From contig JBHIEG010000035.1 in NCBI GenBank assembly GCA_046760505.1, forward strand, positions 1 to 16,972: a stretch of 16,972 nucleotides of DNA. Direction: 5' to 3'. Below the pieces are notes generated by a model. That model ran no database searches. It saw only the letters and a list, made by a program, of their open reading frames with translations, and was not told the DNA's origin. The stretch comes from Candidatus Hydrothermarchaeota archaeon. Lineage in GTDB: Archaea; CAYFZR01. This document shows positions 6,395-16,662 of the stretch, in pieces (the stretch's first letter is position 1; each line of letters starts with the position of its first letter). The position numbers and the translations under genes were made by a program.

Positions 6395-7132
6395 TTATTT
6401 CTTCATTCTCTCTCTTACCGCGAATCCAAAGATCAGCACGAGCATAAGGATATAAAAAACTCCTGCCTTAACAGGGGTTCTTTTAGTCTGGAAATCAAAA
6501 GAAAATGAAGGATGGGCTTTTTCTTTAATATTTATCCTGATAACTTTTCCTTTCTCATAGTACTTGCAGTCTCGACAGTTTACCTTCTTGATTTTAGGAA
6601 GAAGACGAATCTCGCCCTTAATTGATCCGTATAGATATATGGGCATTCTTAAGCCGAGATGCTCTATATCGATGCTGATAGGGGTATCAAATGCGTAATA
6701 ATTCCCCCAGAGTCCGAGTCTATATCTCCCAGAAGGCATGGTAAAATAATCCATCTTCGAAGAAACCTCTACGGTTTCATTTTTTTCGAGAGGTATGGTT
6801 AAACGATATTTGCTCCGATATTTGTCCTCGGAGACTGTTTCCAGCACAGCTTTCTCTCCATTAACTAAAACACTCAAAAGTCTTGGCTTCTTCCAGAAAT
6901 AATACGTGAAAACAAGCCTGAGACTCTCATTAGTAGGGTTTGCAATGCGATGTTCATATGTAAGACTCGTGTTTTCGATACCTATAGATCCGTTTACCAT
7001 AATATCAACCGGAATTACCATGCCCCTTTCAATGAGTCCTAGAGGCATCACCGTTATTTCTCTGGGAGGTTGAGCGATCGCTGTGGATATCATCAAGAAG
7101 GATAGAAGTATTATTGCTATTCTCTTCATCAC
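6395..7132 (-). CDS. Hypothetical exported protein with signal peptide and C-terminal membrane anchor
   Basis: MMKRIAIILLSFLMISTAIA signal-like N-terminus, beta-rich middle, C-terminal GVFYILMLVLIFGFAV + basic tail. Start overlaps the upstream stop. Confidence 0.75.
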   Translation of the reverse strand: MMKRIAIILLSFLMISTAIAQPPREITVMPLGLIERGMVIPVDIMVNGSIGIENTSLTYEHRIANPTNESLRLVFTYYFWKKPRLLSVLVNGEKAVLETVSEDKYRSKYRLTIPLEKNETVEVSSKMDYFTMPSGRYRLGLWGNYYAFDTPISIDIEHLGLRMPIYLYGSIKGEIRLLPKIKKVNCRDCKYYEKGKVIRINIKEKAHPSFSFDFQTKRTPVKAGVFYILMLVLIFGFAVRERMKK

Positions 7133-7728
7133 ATCACCAGAAGAACGTATTGCAGTATTATCCCGAGCCCTACAAGACCGGAGGTAATAAGCAGGCAGTC
7201 GTAAAATGATTTTTCAATCTTGAGTTCTCTTTTTCTTATCATACCATATACAGACGAGCCTATTTGAAATCCTGCGCTTGTTGAGAACATCATCGCCGCT
7301 ATAAACACAGAAAGGCAGATTATAACCTTAACATTCATTATTAAAGGAGTGAATTCAAGGATCTCTGCGAGAGAAGAGCCTGATGCTATCCCTATTACAA
7401 AAAGCAAGGTTGCAGAAGGTATTGCAAGCAAAACTCCGCATCCTATTATCGCTACAGCAGGCACGATATTTGACCTCAGTATGTCTAAAATCTCGACCTC
7501 GAATTCATACCCCAAAGCCTCGTAAGCATATCCTTCAAAGGATTTCATTGCATACACCGTCTCTCTGTGTATTGGATATATCGGCTCAAACCCAAGCATA
7601 GGTCCATGTATCACGTCTAAAAACCTCAGCGTATATCCTATAAAGAATCCAGCAAAGAATATCATGACAGATATCCAAACGAAGTTTTTATTGCTAAATT
7701 GAAACGTTTTTATATTCTCCATGGGCAT
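7129..7728 (-). CDS. Stage II sporulation protein M (SpoIIM)-like membrane protein, divergent
   Basis: Multi-pass protein with ILRSNIVPAVAIIGCGVLLAIPSATLLFVIG and late SAGFQIG resembling SpoIIM. Lacks the usual PHG-x-x-E motif. Confidence 0.55.
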   Translation of the reverse strand: MPMENIKTFQFSNKNFVWISVMIFFAGFFIGYTLRFLDVIHGPMLGFEPIYPIHRETVYAMKSFEGYAYEALGYEFEVEILDILRSNIVPAVAIIGCGVLLAIPSATLLFVIGIASGSSLAEILEFTPLIMNVKVIICLSVFIAAMMFSTSAGFQIGSSVYGMIRKRELKIEKSFYDCLLITSGLVGLGIILQYVLLVM

Positions 7729-8198
7729 TTGTACCTCTCAGTCGGCGAATTGTCATAGTTTTTGTCGTATTTAAATTTTTATTCCATTCTATCTTTTACC
7801 GTATGCGAGTTCCTGTGGTTTATAAGCATTGTGATAACTAGTTCTGGGTCGCTTCAAGTCAATAGAATTCCGATAATTAGTTATTTAGGCTTTGTCAATT
7901 GTGAGTTCAATTTTTTGATTCACGAAGGCTTTTTCAACGAATTCAATTGTGGATGAATGCCTCTAATAACAAAGAATGGTGGCTTTAGTTATGGCTATGA
8001 GATTAGCAGATGGAGTGAAAGTATCTTTAGTGATAATCCTTTATTTTGGTCATTAGCAACAAATTATTATAACACTAATCATTATAACACTAGCAATTTT
8101 GACTTTTTTGCAATATAATCCCTAGCGGAGTATCATCTCTTCGGAGTCTGAGGGAGTATTAAAATTAATTTTTTATATCTTCCTTTCTAATTTCATTT

Positions 8199-8939
8199 AT
8201 GAAGGTTGTATTCTTGGGTGTTGGCGAGGCATTTGATGAAGAGATACCAAATAACTCACATTTAATATCATCAGATACTAACCTGCTGTTAGATTGCGGT
8301 TATTCTGTTCCAAGGCAACTGTGGAAGTACACTTCTGACCAATCTTTCTTGGATGCGATTTACATAAGCCATAAACACGCTGATCATTACTTCGGAATAC
8401 CGGCATTGCTCGTTAGAATGTGGGAAGAAAGAAGAAATAAACCTCTAACAATTATTTGTCAAAGATCTCTTGAGAGTTCAATCAAGGAATTAATCGAATA
8501 TGGTTACGAGGGCTTTTCTAAGAAATTCGAATTTGACATAAATTTCATCAAGGTTAAAAAGGGTAAAACGATTAAATTCAACGAATTTGAATTGTCTTTT
8601 GCGTCAACAACACATTCAACGAATAATTTGGCAATAAAAATATTCGATGGTAAAAATGCGGTTTGCTACAGCGGAGATGGAATGTTCAACGAGGAAACGG
8701 AAAAACTATACGAAAATGCAGATCTAGTAATTCACGAGGCTTATTTCCTTAGAAAAAATGAAAATATAATAACTCACGCTTCCATAGATGAGCTGATAAG
8801 AATGGCCGAAAGGAATAACGTTAAATGTCTGGCGTTGACTCATATTCAAAGAGATCTCAGGAAAGAAATCAAAGAAAAATTTTCTCAAGAAATGGTTAAA
8901 ATCATAATTCCAAATCCGTTTGAAGAATATTCATTCTGA
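8199..8939 (+). CDS. MBL-fold metallo-hydrolase, RNase Z/BN-like
   Basis: VVFLGVG, LLLDCG, SHKHADH (HxHxDH), TTHS, YSGDG, LVIHEA, THAS, LTHI. TTTTATAT box at 8171-8178. Confidence 0.9.
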   Translation: MKVVFLGVGEAFDEEIPNNSHLISSDTNLLLDCGYSVPRQLWKYTSDQSFLDAIYISHKHADHYFGIPALLVRMWEERRNKPLTIICQRSLESSIKELIEYGYEGFSKKFEFDINFIKVKKGKTIKFNEFELSFASTTHSTNNLAIKIFDGKNAVCYSGDGMFNEETEKLYENADLVIHEAYFLRKNENIITHASIDELIRMAERNNVKCLALTHIQRDLRKEIKEKFSQEMVKIIIPNPFEEYSF

Positions 8940-8962
8940 GAAATTTACTCTGATGCCATCTA

Positions 8963-11407
8963 CTAAGCATATCTATATTCTAGGAATCTTCTTAACAATA
9001 TTTCAAAGAAAAACAGGAAAAGTGCAGCCTTTACGAGCACTTCCCACAGGTTTTCTACTTTGGTTTCAAATTGCTTTGTTTCCTCAATTTCTCTTAATAG
9101 ATCTTTTTTTAAAGAATTTATTTCCTTGAAGTCGTAATATTTTCCTCCTGTGATGGAACAAATCTTCTTTAATGTTTCTGTGTCGGGATTGAGTTCTTTT
9201 ATCTCTTCAGGATAGTTAACAGAAACTCCCTCTTCATCTGAATTCATCTTGTCTCCATAAACCTTGAATAAAAAGAAACCGGTATGATTCGGTCTAAATG
9301 AATATTGATACAGGTTTAGATCTATTTGCTCCAATTTTAAAGCCTTATTTTCACTTCTTTCATACAATTCAACATTCTTCATCGGAAAAGAAGTCATTAT
9401 GTTTAATATTATGTTCTCACCCAATTCTGAATTTCTAGAAATTATCTTTATAGGTTTTCTGTATTCTAAATCTCCTATTATCCAGTTAATTATATTCTTC
9501 ATCAGTTTTGGATGATCTTTCCATGTTATAAAGGGATACCCCCAAGAATTACCGTTGTCTGTGGTGTAAGCAGCAACTCTTCCCAATCCGTAGTGCCAGA
9601 CGGTGAGAATCATGTTCATATCATCAGTGGCAATCAAAGACTGGGCGCCTGGTTTTTTGCTCACCAAATTAAATCCACTTACACTGGAAGAAATTTCTAT
9701 ATCTTTTGTTATGAAGTGTTCTTCATCAAGAATCTGCAGTGAATACCGTTCTTTTTTTTCCTCCTCTTTTTTCCCCAGGAAAAAACTTAATCTCTGGTAG
9801 GCAGTGGGTCTGAAGTACTCACCTCCTGTTTTTCTTGCCAGTGCTTGCATAAATGGCTCATACGTATCGCTTCCCACGCCAATTGTATAAATAGGGGTTC
9901 CAGAAGTTTCAGCATACTGTATAGCCTCCTCAGGAAAGGCAGTAAGACCATCAGATATCAACACTATGTATTTCTTTCCTGAATAACCTGAGAGTAAGTT
10001 ATTTGCCTTTATCAAGGCCGGGGTTATGTAAGTTCCTTCTCCAGAACTCAATCTGGATATTTTCTCGGTTAAATCTCCCATGTCTGTTATGGGAGAGAAA
10101 TCTTTTATTACATAAGGATCCACATCAAAAGCAATTACACCAACGAAATCTCTTGGATTTAAGTCGTTTATTAGATTAATGGCAATTGCTTTCTCCAGAT
10201 CTAACTTTGATGCTCCGCCAAAAGCCTGGCCTGTGCTGCCGGAAATGTCTAAGACAAAAACGATTCCTAACCTTTCTTCCCTTCGTTTTGGCTCAGGAGA
10301 AGAGGTAACTGGTAATATCTTTTCCAGTGAACTTTTATAGTAAGAACCGTAGTCGAATGATTTATCTCCTCCGATAACCAACAATCCTCTACCCTCTCTC
10401 ACGTAATCCCTCAATTCACTTATCATAGAATATGAAATTCTATTTAGAGGAATATTATCAAGTATAACTGCATCATATTTATTTAAATCATCAATAGATG
10501 TACTAGAAGCCTTGGTTAAAATGTAATCATTCTTTATTTCGTTTATGATGTAATTTGAACTGTCTGAGGAGATATAAATTATTTTTGGCCTTTCAACGAT
10601 CTCTAAAGATGCATATCTCACGTTGTTATCAGGGAAGTAATCATTTTTAGGCTCTATGACTGCTTTTATTGTATGAAATCCTTCATCGTTGGTTTTGTAT
10701 GTATACTCGATTATTTCTGACTCTTTTTTCTGAACTTTATGCACGTTGTAAACCAGCCTATCATCTATAAACAATTTGAAGTCATATTCAGCGGTTAAAT
10801 TTCCAAAGTTTTTTATCTTCGATTTTATTGCAATAGGACTTCCCGGATAACTCTTTTCTGGCAAAATTAAGTCCGTTATTGCCACGTCACTCCTGTATTT
10901 TGTTATTCCGAGTGCGTATATGCTAATGCCCCTCTCCCTTGCTATCATGCTCGCCTCAATAGGATCCTTGCCGTAGTTGTTTTGTCCATCCGATATGAGC
11001 AGGATCTTTCCTCCCTCCATCTTCAAGGCTGCATCTTGAATCGCTTTTCCTATGGAAGTCCTGTATTCAGGAGAAAATGAGATTAATTTGACATTTTCCT
11101 TTCCGATTTCTTCTCCAAAGAAACTATATAGGTTATTTGTCTGGTTATTTGCGTTATAAAGCATCATGCTCTTGGATTTATCAAGCAAAATATAGAGAGT
11201 TGGTTTTTCCACGGTACTCGTTTCAAATGAATATACTCCCACGATGGATAAAACTATCAGCGCAAGTACCAAAAATCTCAGGAAAAGTATTATAAACCTC
11301 TTATTCCCTAAAAAAGTCTTCTCAGATCTGTGTAATAAGTAATAATAAAGAATCGCTAGAGGTACGAGTAACGATAACCAGAGTTCATTCCCTAAATAGA
11401 TGTTCAT
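8963..11407 (-). CDS. Membrane-anchored double-vWA protein with Ig/CARDB-like and GATase-like domains
   Basis: Two MIDAS motifs (LLDKSKS, VLDISGS, each with later ISDG), Ig-like segment ending DYFPDNN, GATase-like GLLVIGG...GLGRV, N- and C-terminal TM segments. ATG 11407 overlaps the upstream TGA (ATGA). Confidence 0.88.
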   Translation of the reverse strand: MNIYLGNELWLSLLVPLAILYYYLLHRSEKTFLGNKRFIILFLRFLVLALIVLSIVGVYSFETSTVEKPTLYILLDKSKSMMLYNANNQTNNLYSFFGEEIGKENVKLISFSPEYRTSIGKAIQDAALKMEGGKILLISDGQNNYGKDPIEASMIARERGISIYALGITKYRSDVAITDLILPEKSYPGSPIAIKSKIKNFGNLTAEYDFKLFIDDRLVYNVHKVQKKESEIIEYTYKTNDEGFHTIKAVIEPKNDYFPDNNVRYASLEIVERPKIIYISSDSSNYIINEIKNDYILTKASSTSIDDLNKYDAVILDNIPLNRISYSMISELRDYVREGRGLLVIGGDKSFDYGSYYKSSLEKILPVTSSPEPKRREERLGIVFVLDISGSTGQAFGGASKLDLEKAIAINLINDLNPRDFVGVIAFDVDPYVIKDFSPITDMGDLTEKISRLSSGEGTYITPALIKANNLLSGYSGKKYIVLISDGLTAFPEEAIQYAETSGTPIYTIGVGSDTYEPFMQALARKTGGEYFRPTAYQRLSFFLGKKEEEKKERYSLQILDEEHFITKDIEISSSVSGFNLVSKKPGAQSLIATDDMNMILTVWHYGLGRVAAYTTDNGNSWGYPFITWKDHPKLMKNIINWIIGDLEYRKPIKIISRNSELGENIILNIMTSFPMKNVELYERSENKALKLEQIDLNLYQYSFRPNHTGFFLFKVYGDKMNSDEEGVSVNYPEEIKELNPDTETLKKICSITGGKYYDFKEINSLKKDLLREIEETKQFETKVENLWEVLVKAALFLFFFEILLRRFLEYRYA

Positions 11408-13314
11408 ATCAAATTCTCCGTATAATACATCCATTCTACAAGAAGGAATACCATAACCAAAGAAAGTATGAAAGGATACCACAACTTTTTGTTTTCAGTC
11501 AAGGTTATGGACTCAGGTTTTTGAATCAGTTCTTCACCGGATAATGATTGTTTAAAGGCAATATCTGATTCCATTTCATCCAGAAGATTTACAGCGAGAT
11601 ACTCTCTTAAACCATTATGTTCTACTGTGTATATGCCGGTATGATCCAGTGGAAAGGGCGTGGAGGGTTTTAGTGAAGAGGTTACTCCTCGCGGATCGTT
11701 TATGAGAACCTCTGTATTTGCAGTAATCACTGAACCAGTCAGTGCATTCTTCTGAGAAATGATTCCCTGATTCCTGCTGGTCCATTCTACAACATGGTAC
11801 CAAAAGACAGGAAAAGAAGGGGTGAATTGAAAGTTTGTCGTTTTGTCTGGATAGAAACTCATGAAGACTACTTTACCTGCTGAAATTCTTAGCGATATGA
11901 GAGGATTTTTATCTGGTGATTCGGCTATTATGAATGATCCGTTTTTAGGCTCATTGCCAATGTATCTTTCCAAAAAAACGTTCTTGAAGGAAACATCCTT
12001 TAATATTTGGTGTTCCGCTACCGGAATGATGTCTGTTTTTTTCTCCATGACGCTTTCCAGATTTACTGGCAGTATATCTTTAATCAAACCTATCGTTCGA
12101 AGATCTTTCCCAAGCACTATTAATCCGCCGCCTTTTCTGACATAATCACCCAAATCCTTATCAATTCCCGGCAAAATATAGTCGTAAGGTACATCTCCCA
12201 AGATTACAGCATCAAAATCATCCAAATTTGAAGGTATTACTGGAGGGTATGCTAAACTTAATTTCACATTGGGCAGGGATTCTAATGCCAGCCTTAAATA
12301 TGGAGAAGCCTTTTTTCTCTCTACAAGCAATACTCTATGCATCTTTATCTCTGGTAGTACACCGTAGGCAACATTATCAATTTCAAAATCATCTTCAGCA
12401 TCGATTGAAAATCTTAAGATGTGAGCATCCAATGTGGTTGAACCGGTATAAGTCATGGACTTTGCCTCTTTAGATTTCAAAAAAATTTTTTCTGTGTGAA
12501 TTAATTTTTTATCCAAGTTTATATTTAACTTTATTTCTTCTGAATTTTCTTTATAGTTTTTTATTCTCAAAAATGTGTAGAATACATTCAAATTGCTCGG
12601 ATCTCTTGCTACTGTAGAGCCAACTATGCCAATGTTCTTTCCCCTATTGTTAATATCTAAGAAAAGGACGTTTATGTCATTGGACCTTAATAGGTTCGCT
12701 GCTTCTTCTAGGGGATAGCCCAGCTGGCTGTAAGAAATATCTGATAGAACATAAACAGTTTTTTTGCCTTTTTTTCCTTCCAATATAGTGTTTGCAAGCA
12801 AAATTGCGTCTCCAATATTTGTCTTAGTAGACTTGCATTCAAGCGAATTAACAGCATTTTTTACTTCCCTATAATTATCAGTAGGATGAATTATTAATTC
12901 TGGATTGTTTTTAGCCAATATTACTCCTGCATTTCCATCTATTGAATCTAAAAGTGAGAACAATATTTCTTTTGCTTTTTCAAATCTTGTCTCTCCAAAA
13001 TCTCTTGCATTCATACTTGCAGAAGCATCTATGATGAATATTACCTCGTCTATCTTTTTCTTCGCTCCTATCGTGTATGGGTTGGCAAGTGAGAGAACCA
13101 AAAGACCCAGTATAAATAGTTGAAGAAGCAGGAGAGGTAAATGTGTTATCCTTTTTATTGTAATTTTTTTCTTTCTCTCCTTTATACTCCTTAAAAAGAA
13201 CATAAGAGTGGAAAAACTTTCCTTCTTCGTTTTTTGCCATATCAAGTAGAGGATTATTACTGGAATCCATATAAGTAGGAAAATCAGGGCATTTGGATTT
13301 GCGATATTAACCAT
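11404..13314 (-). CDS. BatA-type N-terminal TM + vWA domain protein with GATase-like domain
   Basis: NPNALIFLLIWIPVIILYL...FSTLMF...LLLLQL...LANP (BatA-like), IIDASASM (MIDAS), VRKGGGLIV, C-terminal TM LLVEW. Confidence 0.88.
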   Translation of the reverse strand: MVNIANPNALIFLLIWIPVIILYLIWQKTKKESFSTLMFFLRSIKERKKKITIKRITHLPLLLLQLFILGLLVLSLANPYTIGAKKKIDEVIFIIDASASMNARDFGETRFEKAKEILFSLLDSIDGNAGVILAKNNPELIIHPTDNYREVKNAVNSLECKSTKTNIGDAILLANTILEGKKGKKTVYVLSDISYSQLGYPLEEAANLLRSNDINVLFLDINNRGKNIGIVGSTVARDPSNLNVFYTFLRIKNYKENSEEIKLNINLDKKLIHTEKIFLKSKEAKSMTYTGSTTLDAHILRFSIDAEDDFEIDNVAYGVLPEIKMHRVLLVERKKASPYLRLALESLPNVKLSLAYPPVIPSNLDDFDAVILGDVPYDYILPGIDKDLGDYVRKGGGLIVLGKDLRTIGLIKDILPVNLESVMEKKTDIIPVAEHQILKDVSFKNVFLERYIGNEPKNGSFIIAESPDKNPLISLRISAGKVVFMSFYPDKTTNFQFTPSFPVFWYHVVEWTSRNQGIISQKNALTGSVITANTEVLINDPRGVTSSLKPSTPFPLDHTGIYTVEHNGLREYLAVNLLDEMESDIAFKQSLSGEELIQKPESITLTENKKLWYPFILSLVMVFLLVEWMYYTENLI

Positions 13315-14179
13315 GGGAAGCACCTAGGAATTCTAGAAAAACGTCATGTATGGGCTGATCCGTTGTTGTAAGGAAGTAATCTGCGTTAACGTCTCTGCAA
13401 AACCTGTTAATGGATCGAATGTGTCTTTCAACTTCTCCGGTGTACCTGTCTATTTCTTTTTTTGTCAGCGATATTCTTTCTTTTTCCTGGGTCTCGAGAT
13501 CTAGTATTTCGTATTCGCCCTTAAAAGGCAAAAATATTTCTCCCCTATCTAAAATTTGGAATACGATAATATCGTTTCCTTTAGCCGCTAGTTTATAGAG
13601 GGACCACCTTATCGTATCTAAATCCAAGAGAAGATCGGAGATTAGAATTATGAGTCTCTTTCCCTGGGTGACCTGCATGTATTCTCTAACAACCTTCTTC
13701 AGATCCGTTTTTCCTTGGGGTTTTATCTTTTCTAATGCATTAAGTATCCTTATGAACTGCCTTCTTCCTCTCCTAGAATGTATTCTTGTATTTAAATGAT
13801 CAGAAAAGGTGAACAAGCCTATTCTATCGTTATTTTGGGCCACAAGATACGAAAAACCTGCTGCAGATTTTGTTGCATAGTCAATTTTCGATTCGGCATC
13901 AGAAGAGTAAAGCATGCTGTTGCTGGTGTCTAACAGGATATGCGCTATTATTTCTCTCTCTTCCTCGTACCTCTTCACATGCAGTTTCTCGGTCCTAGCA
14001 AAAATCTTCCAGTCAACCGTCTTGTAATCATCGCCAGGAGAGTATTCCCTGTAATCAATTGTTTCCAGTCCTTTTCCTCTAAGCCTTGATCTATGTTCTC
14101 CCGAATAAGCGGTAATCATCTTCTTTTTTACCATTAAGTTTAGTTTTCTGAGCATTCTATAGAAACTAGGATCGTACAA
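13307..14179 (-). CDS. DUF58 family vWA-like protein (MoxR partner)
   Basis: GEHRSRLRGKGLETIDYREYSPGDDYKTVDWKIFAR, LLDTSNSM, LISDL. TTG start after GAGGTG. Confidence 0.92.
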   Translation of the reverse strand: MYDPSFYRMLRKLNLMVKKKMITAYSGEHRSRLRGKGLETIDYREYSPGDDYKTVDWKIFARTEKLHVKRYEEEREIIAHILLDTSNSMLYSSDAESKIDYATKSAAGFSYLVAQNNDRIGLFTFSDHLNTRIHSRRGRRQFIRILNALEKIKPQGKTDLKKVVREYMQVTQGKRLIILISDLLLDLDTIRWSLYKLAAKGNDIIVFQILDRGEIFLPFKGEYEILDLETQEKERISLTKKEIDRYTGEVERHIRSINRFCRDVNADYFLTTTDQPIHDVFLEFLGASHG

Positions 14180-14185
14180 ACTCAG

Positions 14186-15148
14186 TTATGACACCTCTTC
14201 CAGAATGGATCTTATAACTTCATCAGTTGATATTCCCTGAGCTTCAGCCTCAAAATTCAGTATGAGTCTGTGTCTTAGCACAGGGAACATCATTTTTTTT
14301 ATATCCTCCTCGCTTACGTAAGTCCTTCCATGGATCAAGGACCTTGCTTTTGATGCTAAAATTAATGAAATAGAGGCTCTCGGAGAGGCTCCATACTCGA
14401 TATATTTTTTGGCAACTTTGCTCGCGTGATTGGAATTTGGTCTTGTTGAGGCGATGAGGGAAACAGCGTATTCTTCTATGTCACTTGCTATCGGAATCAT
14501 TCTCGCAAGTTTTTGTAGTTCAATCAACTCGTTTCTGCTTAGTATTTTTCTTACGCTTGGCTCTTGATTCTTCGTGTAAAGTCTCACTATGTTCATTTCC
14601 TCTTCACGATCAGGATAGTCGATGAGGATCATTAGCATGAATCGGTCTAGTTGAGCCTCAGGCAAGGGATACGTTCCCTCCATCTCAATGGGATTTTGTG
14701 TGGCCAAGACCAAAAATGGAGTTGGCAGTTTGAATGTTGTTTTTCCTACCGTGACCTGCCTTTCCTGCATGCACTCGAGCAGGGCACTCTGAGATTTTGG
14801 CGTAGCCCTGTTTATTTCATCTGCGAGCACGATATTCGTGAAGATCGGCCCTTCTGAAAAAACAAATTTTTTTGTCTTAGTGATTTTGTCTTCCTCTATT
14901 ATGTAGGTTCCAGTGATATCAGATGGCATCACATCGGGAGTGCACTGTATCCTGCTAAACTCTAAGTCTAAAACCTTCGAAAAGGTTCTTATCATCATCG
15001 TTTTACCAAGACCGGGTAGGCCTTGGAGTAGCGCATGACTATCGGAAAGCAATGTAATGAGCAACTGCTCAATTACCTCTTCCTGTCCCACTATCGCCTT
15101 GGATATTTCCTTTTTTATATCACCGAAGATCTCCTTGGATATTCTCAT
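14186..15148 (-). CDS. moxR: MoxR-family AAA+ ATPase
   Basis: Walker A GLPGLGKT, RIQCTPDVMPSDITG, Walker B VLADEINRA, ATQNPIEMEGTYPLPEAQLDRF, GASPRAS, VLRHR. Confidence 0.96.
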   Translation of the reverse strand: MRISKEIFGDIKKEISKAIVGQEEVIEQLLITLLSDSHALLQGLPGLGKTMMIRTFSKVLDLEFSRIQCTPDVMPSDITGTYIIEEDKITKTKKFVFSEGPIFTNIVLADEINRATPKSQSALLECMQERQVTVGKTTFKLPTPFLVLATQNPIEMEGTYPLPEAQLDRFMLMILIDYPDREEEMNIVRLYTKNQEPSVRKILSRNELIELQKLARMIPIASDIEEYAVSLIASTRPNSNHASKVAKKYIEYGASPRASISLILASKARSLIHGRTYVSEEDIKKMMFPVLRHRLILNFEAEAQGISTDEVIRSILEEVS

Positions 15149-16071
15149 TCTTCCTCTACCTCTGCCAATTTCTCGAAGTATTTTTCAGCAATTTCTTTGT
15201 ACTCGAATGAAATTTCCTCTCTAAAGTATCTGGATGGTTCTGCTTCTCCAACTTGAACGTTTGAAATCTTTCTGAGATTAAAATCCTCGTTTTCTATTCT
15301 CTCTCCACCAATTTCAGACCCTTCGCCTCTTTTAATCTCAACTTTCACCTCTTCACCTTCTAGAGGCGCTAGTCTCTTTTCTCCGAATATACTTTCCCTC
15401 TCGCTATATGTTCCTATTTTACCCTCGCTTACGACTCCTTTCTTTCCTCCAAGACCCATGCTGGATAATACGTTACTGCATGCCTTATTTATCTTTGATA
15501 GAAATCCACTGTTCATGCTAACCCCATCTTCACCTGAGAGTGTCCCGAATATTCCTTTTTTATGCAAAATTTTTCCATATCCGGGAATTTCAATCTCAAG
15601 GTACTTTGGAGTAAAGAGGTAGAGTATTAACGCAACCAGACAGAGTATCAGAAAAACCCTTACGAGCACTTTATTCATGTCAACCAAAAGGTTAAAGTCA
15701 AGATTGTCAAGCGATGTTTGCACATCGATGATTAATCTATAGACAAAATGATTTTCTTTCCATTCTTTCGCGTTATCATATGCTGTTCTCAACTTCTCTC
15801 TCAGTTCAGAGAAGTTTTCCTCGATAAATAATAAAAAGTTGAGTGATCTAGTCCTGAGTCTTTTAAAGTAGATGAAAATACCTGTAATTGCGGTGAAAAG
15901 AAGTAAAACATGAAATTCGCCAAAATTCAGTTTTGAAAAAAGAAGAATGATAGAAATTACGAGAAATACGATGATGGCATCTAATACACCTTCATAGATA
16001 ATAATTTTTGAATAGTCGTCTTTCATCAATTCTACTCTCTTAACAAGTTCCCTTCCAGCGTCCATAATCAT
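15145..16071 (-). CDS. Hypothetical membrane protein, first gene of the MoxR operon
   Basis: Two N-terminal TMs, LREKLRTAYDN, a third TM, Gly/Glu-rich tail ending EYKEIAEKYFEKL. Stop overlaps the moxR ATG. Confidence 0.8.
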   Translation of the reverse strand: MIMDAGRELVKRVELMKDDYSKIIIYEGVLDAIIVFLVISIILLFSKLNFGEFHVLLLFTAITGIFIYFKRLRTRSLNFLLFIEENFSELREKLRTAYDNAKEWKENHFVYRLIIDVQTSLDNLDFNLLVDMNKVLVRVFLILCLVALILYLFTPKYLEIEIPGYGKILHKKGIFGTLSGEDGVSMNSGFLSKINKACSNVLSSMGLGGKKGVVSEGKIGTYSERESIFGEKRLAPLEGEEVKVEIKRGEGSEIGGERIENEDFNLRKISNVQVGEAEPSRYFREEISFEYKEIAEKYFEKLAEVEEE

Positions 16072-16112
16072 CTTTTTATATGTTCCTTTATTTTTATATA
16101 ATGTGGGGTGAC
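16072..16112. promoter_or_regulatory. Compact divergent promoter
   Basis: 41-bp gap with TTTTTATA (16073-16080, +), TATATAAA (16100-16093, -) and GGGGTGA RBS (16105-16111). Confidence 0.5.
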
Positions 16113-16661
16113 ATGAAAAGGAATGTAAATACGTATTTGATGATAATAAATATCATGTTGTTATTTTCACTTGTATTCATGGGTATATATGCGGGTATTC
16201 AGTATAAAAGAGCCAATAGACTGATAGATGAACTTAACTCTCAGTCAGAAAACCTAATAGTCATGCTTCAGAGCAAGGAGAAACAGTATAACCTCACTTT
16301 AAAGACATTGAACATAACTGAGAGTAAGATTGAGGCACTCAAAGAGAAATACACCAAACTGGATGCTGAAAAAACAAATCTTGAGAGAAAACTGCGAAAT
16401 ACGGAAAAAGAATTGGAAAAGACCAAATCTGACTTAAAAGATCTGAGACAAGATTACAACGAAAAGCTTATCGAGATTGAGACCTTGAACGCAAGACTCT
16501 CAGCCTACAAGGAGGAAAATGCCGATCTAAAAGCCGCTTTAAACCAATATAAACTCGAGCTTCTTGTTGCTTTGGAAGAAATAGACGATCTTCGAGACGA
16601 AGTAGACAACCTTGAGGAAGAATTAGCAGCCTGCAGAGCAGGAAGTACGAATTCTACTTGA
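16113..16661 (+). CDS. Membrane-anchored coiled-coil protein
   Basis: ATG 16113 after GGGGTGA, one N-terminal TM (YLMIINIMLLFSLVFMGIYAGI), then long Leu heptad repeats. Confidence 0.8.
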   Translation: MKRNVNTYLMIINIMLLFSLVFMGIYAGIQYKRANRLIDELNSQSENLIVMLQSKEKQYNLTLKTLNITESKIEALKEKYTKLDAEKTNLERKLRNTEKELEKTKSDLKDLRQDYNEKLIEIETLNARLSAYKEENADLKAALNQYKLELLVALEEIDDLRDEVDNLEEELAACRAGSTNST

Positions 16662-16662
16662 T

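Noticed and set aside
7762-8130. Short ORFs (7762-7956; a 53-codon frame from 7957) and the ATTATAACACTA repeat at 8066 and 8081
   Set aside because: No clear RBS or recognisable motif. The repeat is most simply a local slippage duplication.
11408-11482. ORF-track N-terminal extension of the 839-aa vWA protein (likewise starts at 5318, 13323 and 16080)
   Set aside because: Downstream ATGs (11407, 5309, 13314, 16113) fit RBS positions and stop/start coupling better.
353-15256. Short antisense or overlapping ORFs in the track (e.g. 353-568, 1091-1285, 3191-3487, 3634-3891, 4519-4722, 4952-5140, 5339-5617, 5846-6052, 7383-7601, 8920-9129, 9512-9800, 11615-12473, 12905-13598, 14651-15256)
   Set aside because: They are shadows of well-supported genes, pseudogenes or regulatory DNA, with no recognisable motifs.
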